Positions 1 to 6,539 of a stretch of 23,242 nt of DNA are shown here, one piece after another (within the stretch, counting starts at the first letter, position 1; every line of letters starts with the position of its first letter). Where the stretch lies: contig JAYSWN010000156.1 of assembly GCA_043718025.1 (NCBI GenBank), positions 1-23,242 on the forward strand. The letters run 5' to 3'. The notes under the pieces were generated by a model. It did no database searches. It saw only the letters and a list, made by a program, of their open reading frames with translations, and was not told the DNA's origin. This DNA is from Pseudomonadota bacterium (lineage in GTDB: Bacteria > Bdellovibrionota > FAC87 > UBA2466). Position numbers and translations under genes: made by a program.

Positions 1-307
1 CCGAGGTGCCCGCCGAAACTACGATTAGACTTATGGCCAACGCCTTAGCTTTTAGGGGCAGGCTTTTTGTCTCTTTCCAATCCTGTAACGGCGGACCAAA
101 AAATCGGTGATTCATGATCCAGGAATAGAATCTCAAGCTGCCTTTGGCGTAACAGACCGAAGCCAAGAGAATAAACGGCACGGTGGGCAGCAGCGGAAGA
201 AAAATTCCGATCACTCCGGTGACTAGGCACACGTGACCTAACCCGATAAATACCAAGCGCACACTCTGCCGCTGACTAAGCTTTATTTCACTGCGACGGT
301 CTTTCAC
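1..307 (-). CDS. ybaN: YbaN family (DUF454) inner membrane protein, partial (3' end runs off the window)
   Basis: Translated by hand; not in the ORF track. The GTG at 307-305 overlaps the tolB stop (GTGA). The frame is open to the edge: VKDRRSEIKLSQRQSVRLVFIGLGHVCLVTGVIGIFLPLLPTVPFILLASVCYAKGSLRFYSWIMNHRFFGPPLQDWKETKSLPLKAKALAISLIVVSAGTS. GxIGxxLPxLPTxPFxLLA...FG..L..W is the DUF454 signature. Confidence 0.9.
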   Translation of the reverse strand, partial: MKDRRSEIKLSQRQSVRLVFIGLGHVCLVTGVIGIFLPLLPTVPFILLASVCYAKGSLRFYSWIMNHRFFGPPLQDWKETKSLPLKAKALAISLIVVSAGTS

Positions 308-1719
308 CCTTCAGGCGGTCCCCACGACGGAGTGAAACACTCTTTGTCAGGTGGCGACACTTTACGCCGCCCTGTTCCATCCACGGCCATTACGTAAATT
401 CCGTAGTTACCCCCTTCATTAGCGGCGTAGGCCATGTGGCGGCCGGTCGGCGCCCATGTTGGGTTCTCACTATTCACGCGGCGACGTCCGGTGCGATCAC
501 CAATGGTCAAGCGGGTGAGATTGTTGCCGTCGGGGTCAATCAGGTACAAATCAAAATTACCTTCGGCCAACCGCTGAGCGGCAAAAACAATTTTGTCTCC
601 CTTGGGTGACCACGCTGGCGATGCATTGTAGGTGCCGGCAAAAGTGAGCTGCGTTGCCGACATGCCGGCAACATCCACGACGTAAATCATCGGATGGCCG
701 GTACGGGCGCTAGAAATGACCATTTTCTTTCCGTCGGGCGCCCATGAGGGTTCGACATCAAACAGTAGATTTACGCTACTCGCCTGAAACCCGTCGCCCG
801 AGAATTTTTTCCACTGAATACGGCGGCTGAACAATTCGGGCTCAGTGTTGTTCACGTTGGGATCGAGCAAATAGATTTCGGGACGGCTCGAAAAACTGAG
901 GGTCGCCGCAAGCTTATTTCCGTCGGGTGAAAAGGCGCCGCCACTATTCATCCCCTCCTGCGAAGAGATGGTATTGCGCACGCCGTTGCTCAAATCGTGG
1001 CGCTTTAGCGTCATCCCCTTTTTTCGCAGGCCTTTGTACTTGCGAAATTCGAACTGGGTGTAAACGATCTGCTTCCCATTCGGGTGCCAAGTGGGGCTTA
1101 GCGAAAGAGTTTCGTCAGCGGTGAGCGCTTTTACGTTTCGCCCGTCCGAATCCGTAATGTAGATCTCTTTCGGTGGAGAACGACGCCGCTTCAAATCGCG
1201 GCACGACATCAAAAGACGGCTGTTAAATAGCCCTTTTTCTCCGGTGAGGAACTTCAAGATGTCTTCCGACAAAGCGTGAACCAGCCGCACGTACTGCGAC
1301 GTGACGTAACTGTAACGAGTGGAGAAAACTTTTTTCTTACCCGGCACGTCGAACAGGTAAGCTTCTAGGTTTATTTTCCCCTGCGCCACCCGGTAGCCAA
1401 GCTTCAAGACGAAAGAGGTGCCAAGATTCGTCCAATCATCAAACCGCACCGTGCGCGCATCGCGAGGTTGGTCATGATTGGCGTAAAGATTTGGGGTAAT
1501 AAACTCGAAAAGGTTCAACAGCTCCAAGTCTTCGGTAAGCTGTTCTTCCACTTTCTTGGCCAACTCAGCGTCGGCCGCTCCCAGCCCATCGGGCAAGGGG
1601 TGAACCCTACCCACCGCAATCTTGGCCTTTTTTACGTTGGCGCCCATCACTTCGATGTACATCTCGGCGCGCGTTGACTGGCAAAACAGAAGCACTAACA
1701 GGGTGAACATCTTTTGCAT
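304..1719 (-). CDS. tolB: Tol-Pal system beta-propeller protein TolB
   Basis: Signal peptide, TolB N-terminal domain and repeated PD40-like motifs (SPTWHPNGKQIVY, PSWAPDGKKMV, SPAWSPKGDKIVF, PTWAPTGRHMAY). Lies downstream of tolQRA. Confidence 0.93.
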   Translation of the reverse strand: MQKMFTLLVLLFCQSTRAEMYIEVMGANVKKAKIAVGRVHPLPDGLGAADAELAKKVEEQLTEDLELLNLFEFITPNLYANHDQPRDARTVRFDDWTNLGTSFVLKLGYRVAQGKINLEAYLFDVPGKKKVFSTRYSYVTSQYVRLVHALSEDILKFLTGEKGLFNSRLLMSCRDLKRRRSPPKEIYITDSDGRNVKALTADETLSLSPTWHPNGKQIVYTQFEFRKYKGLRKKGMTLKRHDLSNGVRNTISSQEGMNSGGAFSPDGNKLAATLSFSSRPEIYLLDPNVNNTEPELFSRRIQWKKFSGDGFQASSVNLLFDVEPSWAPDGKKMVISSARTGHPMIYVVDVAGMSATQLTFAGTYNASPAWSPKGDKIVFAAQRLAEGNFDLYLIDPDGNNLTRLTIGDRTGRRRVNSENPTWAPTGRHMAYAANEGGNYGIYVMAVDGTGRRKVSPPDKECFTPSWGPPEG

Positions 1720-2553
1720 TTAATTCTCCGGTCTAAATTCTAAAGTGATTCCGTCAGAAACCAAAGACATGTCCTCGGGCACGGGCAAAGGCTGAGACTC
1801 TTCCACCGCCTGTAAAACCGCTGCGTCAAAAACTGGGTCGCGAGACACCTTCATCAAGCGCTTCTCACGAATGCGCCCCATTGAGTTGATCTCAATATAA
1901 ACCGACGCCGCCAGCCCCTTTTTCTTCTGCCAGGGAAAAATATTGAAGTGTTCACGAATTTTCTGCGCCACCAGCGCCGAATAACGATCTTTGGCGGTGC
2001 CCACCTTGCCGGACATGGCGGTACCCTTTGACATCAAATTGCCCGCAATCTTGCCCCGCCCCTTTTGCGCGCTGCTATTTTCTTTTAGCGATTTTAACGC
2101 CGCCTCTTTTTCCGCCTCGCGCTGCATTTGTTTGAGCGCCTTTTCTTTTTCGGCTTTGGCCTTCTTTTCGGAATCAGCGGCAAACTTGGCGTCGACGGCC
2201 CTCTTTTTGGCTTCGGCCGCCAGCCGCTCTTCTTCTAAATGCATCGCCTCGGGGTCTTCGACGTTCTTGACCGCTTCCGGCGCCGTGGATGGGTTTTCGA
2301 CCAGGGGTAAAGTGGAATCCACTTCCGAGCGCTGATTCATTAACTCGTCGGGCAAAGCCACTACGTCCACCTGAATAAAGTTTTGGTAAACCTCGGTGGT
2401 GTTATTGCGATTTTTGGGAAAAAGACTAATTCCTAGCTTCTCCAAGCCAATATTGATCAACAATAAAGCCGGTATCGAGGCGTGAATAAGCGTCGACCAA
2501 AAGATGATCTTGCGGGGAACGTATACAAACTGGTGTTCGGTTACCTCACTCAC
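1720..2553 (-). CDS. tolA: TolA/TonB-family envelope integrity protein
   Basis: N-terminal TM segment with SxxxH (STLIH), an Ala/Lys/Glu-rich helical middle, and a TonB_C-like end (SRDPVFDAAVLQAVEESQPLPVP). Sits between tolR and tolB. Confidence 0.85.
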   Translation of the reverse strand: MSEVTEHQFVYVPRKIIFWSTLIHASIPALLLINIGLEKLGISLFPKNRNNTTEVYQNFIQVDVVALPDELMNQRSEVDSTLPLVENPSTAPEAVKNVEDPEAMHLEEERLAAEAKKRAVDAKFAADSEKKAKAEKEKALKQMQREAEKEAALKSLKENSSAQKGRGKIAGNLMSKGTAMSGKVGTAKDRYSALVAQKIREHFNIFPWQKKKGLAASVYIEINSMGRIREKRLMKVSRDPVFDAAVLQAVEESQPLPVPEDMSLVSDGITLEFRPEN

Positions 2554-2560
2554 GGTGCGC

Positions 2561-3010
2561 TTATCTCTTTTTTGAAGGAGCGTTTGTTTGAGGAGCGTCG
2601 GGCGGCAAAGTGACTAGGCCAATCTTATCGATGCCCGCATTCTTAACCGTAGCCATGGCTACCGCTACGGCAGAGTAAGGCAAGGCGCCGTCGGCGCGAA
2701 TAAAAATTTCTTTGCGATTGCGACTCTTAAATAGCAAAGAAAGCCGCGCCGCTAGGTTGGCGAGATAAACCTCTTCTTTATTGAGGTAAATACGATTCTC
2801 TTTGGTGAGGGTGAGCGTGACCGGGTTCTCCCCTTTTTCTATCGCTTTGGTTTTGGCCTTGGGCAGCTGAATTGGAATGCCATTTTCCATGAAGGGCGCG
2901 GTCACCATGAAGATGACCAAGAGAACCAGCATGACGTCTACCAGCGGCGTCACATTAATTTCGGCGACGGGACCTCGCTCGTCCGAGCCCCCACCCATAT
3001 TCATTGCCAT
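2561..3010 (-). CDS. tolR: TolR/ExbD biopolymer transport protein
   Basis: EINVTPLVDVMLVLLVIFMVTAP and IFIRADGALPY motifs. The ATG at 3010 (MAMNMGG) follows a G-rich SD-like stretch and is preferred over the TTG at 3028. Confidence 0.92.
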   Translation of the reverse strand: MAMNMGGGSDERGPVAEINVTPLVDVMLVLLVIFMVTAPFMENGIPIQLPKAKTKAIEKGENPVTLTLTKENRIYLNKEEVYLANLAARLSLLFKSRNRKEIFIRADGALPYSAVAVAMATVKNAGIDKIGLVTLPPDAPQTNAPSKKR

Positions 3011-3024
3011 GGCACCTACCCCAA

Positions 3025-3747
3025 TCAACCGTTCAGAAAATTTCGTCGGACAATATTTAAAAAGTCGCTAGAGAAGTTTTCCATCTGTACGCGCACGGCG
3101 CGGATTTTATGGGTGTAATAATTGTAGCCCATTACCGCGGGAATCGCGGCCGCCAGACCGATAGCCGTGGCAATCAGCGCTTCAGCGATACCCGGCGCCA
3201 CGGTGGCGAGACTGGCGCCGCCGGCCGCCCCAATATTTTGAAACGCGTTCATAATGCCCCAAACCGTGCCGAACAGACCAACGAAAGGCGAAACGCTGCC
3301 GGTGGTCGCCAAAAACGTGAGCGATCGCTCCAAACGAATATACTCACTGCGATTCGCGCGGGCCAATGCGCGTTCAAGATTTCCGATTGACTCAACGCCG
3401 GCGGTTTTTTGTTTCTCTTTTTCCAAAATTCTTTGCAGCTCGAGATAACCCGATTGAAAAATTTTAGCCACCGGAGCGGCACCGTATTTTTTGGACTCGG
3501 AGTAGATATGGTCCATGCTCTTACCGCTCCAAAAAATATCTAAAAACCGATCGGCATGTCGATTGGCGCCGCGAATCGCGGTCCACTTAAAGACGATGAT
3601 GGCCCAGCTCACGATCGAGGCTCCAATGAGCATGAGCAACACCAGCTGCACCACGAAACTGGCGTTTAGCATCAGGTCCAATGCCCCGAGTTGGGGCATG
3701 GCCTCTTTAGGGGCGTTGGCTGTCGCGGCAAAGGCTACTGAGATCAT
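3025..3747 (-). CDS. tolQ: TolQ (MotA/TolQ/ExbB proton channel family)
   Basis: LATTGSVSPFVGLFGTVWGIM...VAPGIAEALIATAIGLAAAIPAV signature. First gene of the tol operon. Confidence 0.94.
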   Translation of the reverse strand: MISVAFAATANAPKEAMPQLGALDLMLNASFVVQLVLLMLIGASIVSWAIIVFKWTAIRGANRHADRFLDIFWSGKSMDHIYSESKKYGAAPVAKIFQSGYLELQRILEKEKQKTAGVESIGNLERALARANRSEYIRLERSLTFLATTGSVSPFVGLFGTVWGIMNAFQNIGAAGGASLATVAPGIAEALIATAIGLAAAIPAVMGYNYYTHKIRAVRVQMENFSSDFLNIVRRNFLNG

Positions 3748-3807
3748 GAGGTGTGTCTCGATTAAGTTGTGAAATTGAACCAGAGTATTGCGGACGATTC
3801 GACCATT

Positions 3808-3836
3808 AGTGTATGAGACAGGCCCAACAGCGTCAA
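3808..3836 (-). promoter_or_regulatory. Putative sigma70 promoter of the tolQRAB-ybaN operon
   Basis: Minus strand TTGACG (3836-3831), 17 nt, TACACT (3813-3808), about 60 nt upstream of the tolQ ATG. Confidence 0.55.
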
Positions 3837-3845
3837 GGAGCCGTG

Positions 3846-5195
3846 GTGCGTCAAAGCCTGCAAATACCTATAATTCAGCCGAAAATTGTCGTGGTAGGCG
3901 GTGGATTGGCCGGCAGCGAGGCCGCCTGGCAAATAGCCAAGCGCGGCATTGCGGTAGCCCTCTACGAAATGCGGCCATCCCGGCCAACCGAAGCCCATAA
4001 AACCGATCAATGCGCCGAGTTAGTGTGCAGCAACAGTTTTGGTTCTGTCTCCGAGCATTCTGCCTCGCGCATTTTAAAAGATGAGATCACTTCGATGGGC
4101 TCGTTGATCATAGAAAAGGCCCGCGAATTTGCCGTGCCGTCGGGGGCTTCGCTTTCGGTAGATCGCGAAAAATTTTCGCAAGCCATTACCCAGCAGTTGC
4201 AAAACCATCCGCTCATTAGCATTCACCGCGAAGAGCTCAGCGAACTTCCGACCAATGGAATTTGCTTACTGGCTACCGGCCCGCTCACTTCACCGGCATT
4301 ATCGGCCGCGCTACAAAAAAAAGTGGGCGGTGAGTCGTTGTATTTTTACGATGCCATTTCGCCGATTGTGGCGACGGATAGTTTAGACCTCAACCAAATG
4401 TACTTCGCCAACCGGTGGGACAAAGGCGAATCCCCCGACTTCCTCAATATTCCACTCACCCAAGAGCAGTACGACCTATTGGTCGATGATCTGCTCAGTG
4501 GCGACGTGGTATTGCCGCATGACTTCGAAGAAGAAAAATATTTTGAAGGCTGCATGCCGATCGAAGCGATTGCCGCCAGGGGAAGAAAAACGCTTTCATT
4601 TGGTCCGATGCGACCGGTTGGTTTGCGTGACCCGCGCACCGGCAAACGGCCCGCCGCGGTGATTCAGCTGCGCACTGAAAACGAGCACAAAACGGCTTAC
4701 AATCTGGTGGGCTTTCAAACTAAGTTAAAGTACGGCGAACAATTGCGGGTGTTTCGAAAACTTCCGGGCATGGCCAACGCTGAGTTCTTACGCCTGGGCA
4801 GCATGCACCGGAATACGTACCTTAACTCTCCCCAAGTGCTCGAACCCACGTTACAGCTGCGTTGCGACCCCAACTTTTTTATTGCGGGCCAGCTCACCGG
4901 CACCGAGGGTTACCTTGAATCATCGGCCACCGGACTATTTGGCGGCATCAATGCCGCGCGGTTGGCGTTGGGCGAACCGCTTCTAACCTTGCCCGACACA
5001 ACGATGTTGGGGGCACTACTGAAATCCATTACCGATCCCACCCGCATTCCGTTTCAGCCGATGAATGCCAATATGGGAGTGTTGCCTCCGGTGATTCAAG
5101 AAGGCGACAAGAAGAAGTTGGATAAGGCGGTGAGAAACGAACGCATGTCGTTGCGGTCACGGCAAACACTTCAAATGGTTGGCGGATTATTTTAG
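3846..5195 (+). CDS. trmFO: Folate/FAD-dependent tRNA (uracil-54-C5)-methyltransferase TrmFO
   Basis: VVGGGLAGSEAA FAD motif, ELVCSNSF, LYFYDAISP, YFEGCMPIE, YNLVGFQTKL, MHRNTY, AGQLTGTEGYLES and FQPMNAN. Start is probably the GTG at 3846 after AAGGAG (3835-3840); the ORF is open from the ATG at 3813. Confidence 0.95.
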   Translation: MRQSLQIPIIQPKIVVVGGGLAGSEAAWQIAKRGIAVALYEMRPSRPTEAHKTDQCAELVCSNSFGSVSEHSASRILKDEITSMGSLIIEKAREFAVPSGASLSVDREKFSQAITQQLQNHPLISIHREELSELPTNGICLLATGPLTSPALSAALQKKVGGESLYFYDAISPIVATDSLDLNQMYFANRWDKGESPDFLNIPLTQEQYDLLVDDLLSGDVVLPHDFEEEKYFEGCMPIEAIAARGRKTLSFGPMRPVGLRDPRTGKRPAAVIQLRTENEHKTAYNLVGFQTKLKYGEQLRVFRKLPGMANAEFLRLGSMHRNTYLNSPQVLEPTLQLRCDPNFFIAGQLTGTEGYLESSATGLFGGINAARLALGEPLLTLPDTTMLGALLKSITDPTRIPFQPMNANMGVLPPVIQEGDKKKLDKAVRNERMSLRSRQTLQMVGGLF

Positions 5196-5996
5196 AAGTC
5201 GGTTAACTTTTTGGGGGGCATTGTAGCCACCGCTGAACGCCCGCGCGGTTTCAGCAATTGGCGACGGCGTGCTTACCCCTGGCGTCTTACCGGCGGCCGC
5301 GGGAGTCCGGTCGACGCTAGCAGTTTGAGTTGAAGTCACATCAAAAATCTTTTTACCATTGGCCGCTGGCACCGTGGTCTGGTGCGGAGTCAAGCCGTCG
5401 CCCTTGGTGTTCACACTGTAAACGGTTTTGATCGCCGAAACGAGGGTGTCTTTTTTCATCTCAATGGCAAAATCGGTTTCGGCTTTTGCTCGCGCCGCCT
5501 CGGTTTTTGCATTTTGATCATATAGGGTGCCGTCAACCTGGGCTGCAAATTTAGAGACATCTACGTCTTTGATGCTCGCATTCAATTCTTTGATTTGAGA
5601 AAAAAGCGTTTCGGTGCCTTTAGTCAGCTGGGTTGCCAGGGCCTTAGGGCCCTCGGCCATCGCTTTTTCAGTTTCTTTAGCATCGGGAGCTTTGCCGATA
5701 GGAAAGTCTTTGAGCTTTGATTGGTACCCACCGCCACCACCACCGCCACCACCGTAACCGCCACCACCACCTCCGCCACCTGGTTGATTCTGATTCATCA
5801 CACCAACGTTCCCGCCTTGGCCTCCATTTGGGTTCCCCCCATTTTGGTTCCCCCCATTTTGACCGTTCTGCACGCCGCGTTGGCCATTTGGAAAATTGCC
5901 ATGTGTGGCGGAGCTGAATGGCGCCTGCTCGCCGCGCGCCGGTAAGTGGGCGCCTAAAATCGTAAAGGTGGTCACTGCGATGAGATAGCGTTTCAT
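5187..5996 (-). CDS. Secreted hypothetical protein with Gly/Asn/Gln-rich low-complexity N-terminal region
   Basis: Signal-peptide-like start MKRYLIAVTTFTILGAHLPARG, then (Q/P)NGG repeats and poly-Gly/Tyr, a helical middle and an Ala/Thr/Pro-rich tail. Alternative ATG at 6008. Confidence 0.75.
   Translation of the reverse strand: MKRYLIAVTTFTILGAHLPARGEQAPFSSATHGNFPNGQRGVQNGQNGGNQNGGNPNGGQGGNVGVMNQNQPGGGGGGGGYGGGGGGGGGYQSKLKDFPIGKAPDAKETEKAMAEGPKALATQLTKGTETLFSQIKELNASIKDVDVSKFAAQVDGTLYDQNAKTEAARAKAETDFAIEMKKDTLVSAIKTVYSVNTKGDGLTPHQTTVPAANGKKIFDVTSTQTASVDRTPAAAGKTPGVSTPSPIAETARAFSGGYNAPQKVNRLLK
5724..5862 (-). repeat. Coding low-complexity repeats: GGN codon runs (G8-Y-G9-Y) and a 15-bp tandem unit
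   Basis: Plus strand ccaccgccaccaccaccgccaccaccgtaaccgccaccaccacctccgccacc at ~5728-5780, and ccatt(t/g)ggttcccc-like units starting at 5824, 5839 and 5854 (partial). Confidence 0.8.
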
Positions 5997-6020
5997 AAGG
6001 TTCCCCATGCCCTTAGCTAT

Positions 6021-6037
6021 TGCACGACCGCGGCCAA
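6021..6037 (-). promoter_or_regulatory. Sigma54 (-24/-12) promoter of the secreted Gly-rich protein gene
   Basis: Minus strand TTGGCCGCGGTCGTGCA, an exact GG-N10-GC spacing. Predicted TSS ~6010, just upstream of the ATGs at 6008 and 5996. Confidence 0.7.
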
Positions 6038-6073
6038 TTCGACGGCCGAGAATACGAAGCTAATCAAAAGCAA

Positions 6074-6085
6074 TTCAACACCTTA
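6074..6085 (+). promoter_or_regulatory. IHF-like site
   Basis: TTCAACACCTTA resembles WATCAAnnnnTTR and lies between the sigma54 promoter and the upstream TGT-N13-ACA site. Confidence 0.4.
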
Positions 6086-6119
6086 CGGCGCGGCGGGTGG
6101 GTGCCTGAATACAAAACCG

Positions 6120-6138
6120 TGTCGAACCTTAAGGCACA
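6120..6138. promoter_or_regulatory. Putative enhancer-binding-protein site, copy 1 (TGT-N13-ACA)
   Basis: TGTCGAACCTTAAGGCACA. Its reverse complement TGTGCCTTAAGGTTCGACA shares TGTGCCTTAAG-N5-ACA with the copy at 6344-6362. Confidence 0.5.
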
Positions 6139-6177
6139 AAAAAAACGGGTGAAGGGAACCTCTCCCTTCACCCGTTT
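6138..6177 (-). terminator. Intrinsic terminator
   Basis: Minus strand AAACGGGTGAAGGGA-GAGGT-TCCCTTCACCCGTTT, a perfect stem (6177-6163 with 6157-6143) ending in T8 (A-run 6138-6145 on plus). Confidence 0.88.
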
Positions 6178-6259
6178 GCCTTCCGTCCCGCGCATTAAGT
6201 CGAAAAAATCTTTGCCCGCGAATCGCTTGCTAAAGCTTTGTTTTCGCGTTGCTTTCAAG
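6138..6259 (-). ncRNA. Candidate sigma54-dependent small RNA (~120 nt)
   Basis: Bounded by a sigma54 motif (6286-6270) and a 15-bp perfect hairpin plus U8. Has a 5' stem CGCGAA/UUCGCG. No credible CDS ends at this terminator. Confidence 0.6.
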
Positions 6260-6269
6260 ACCTAGTAAT

Positions 6270-6286
6270 TGCAACCCTCAGACCAA
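6270..6286 (-). promoter_or_regulatory. Sigma54 (-24/-12) promoter of the candidate sRNA
   Basis: Minus strand TTGGTCTGAGGGTTGCA: GG (6284-6283), N10, GC (6272-6271), with the canonical TTGCA -12 box. Predicted TSS ~6259. Confidence 0.7.
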
Positions 6287-6343
6287 CCCCTTGTATTCTT
6301 GGTGAATTCTCAGCCCTTCAAGGGGTTGTCGCAAAAGTGGCGA

Positions 6344-6362
6344 TGTGCCTTAAGCCTTCACA
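6344..6362. promoter_or_regulatory. Putative enhancer-binding-protein site, copy 2 (TGT-N13-ACA)
   Basis: TGTGCCTTAAGCCTTCACA, about 85-105 bp upstream of the predicted sRNA TSS. Confidence 0.5.
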
Positions 6363-6481
6363 GCTGACGAACTTCTTTTCACCCGTTTGAGAGTCAAACC
6401 ACTTTCAGAAGTGATTCCCCACCGTTGGGCTAAAGTGGCGAACTTTCAACACCTTCCGTCGAATTCTAGTGCGATACGCGG

Positions 6482-6510
6482 CTAAGCACTTTGAACCTAA
6501 ATGCCGATAA
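6482..6510 (+). promoter_or_regulatory. Sigma28 (FliA)-type promoter of the CpaF/TadA gene
   Basis: CTAAG (6482-6486), 16 nt, GCCGATAA (6503-6510). The -10 box is a perfect sigma28 consensus about 30 nt before ATG 6540. Confidence 0.7.
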
Positions 6511-6539
6511 GCCTTAGACCCCAAAGCGAGGCAGCCCCC

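Noticed and set aside
45..230. 61-aa minus-strand ORF in the track
   Set aside because: Out-of-frame overlap with the YbaN/DUF454 frame (307 to <1), which has clear family motifs.
5724..5862. Short repeats as a possible CRISPR array or DNA-level repeat element
   Set aside because: They are in-frame Gly/Asn/Gln codon repeats with no repeat-spacer structure, and no cas genes are present. The His-rich and Thr-rich plus-strand ORFs here are antisense shadows.
6178..6218. Resemblance to a c-di-GMP-I (GEMM) riboswitch: minus strand GGGCAAA...GGGACGGAAGGC
   Set aside because: The intervening sequence does not form the P2 stem with a GNRA loop, and no P3 receptor stem or P1 closure is visible. A cmsearch with the Rfam c-di-GMP-I model would settle it.
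6020..6265. Short ORFs 6020-6265 (+) and 6064-6258 (-)
   Set aside because: TTG starts without an SD, they read through a strong hairpin and promoter elements, and they show no recognisable protein features.
6501..6539. N-terminal extension MPISLRPQSEAAP of CpaF
   Set aside because: ATG 6501 overlaps the sigma28 -10 box GCCGATAA and has no SD, whereas ATG 6540 has GAGG upstream.
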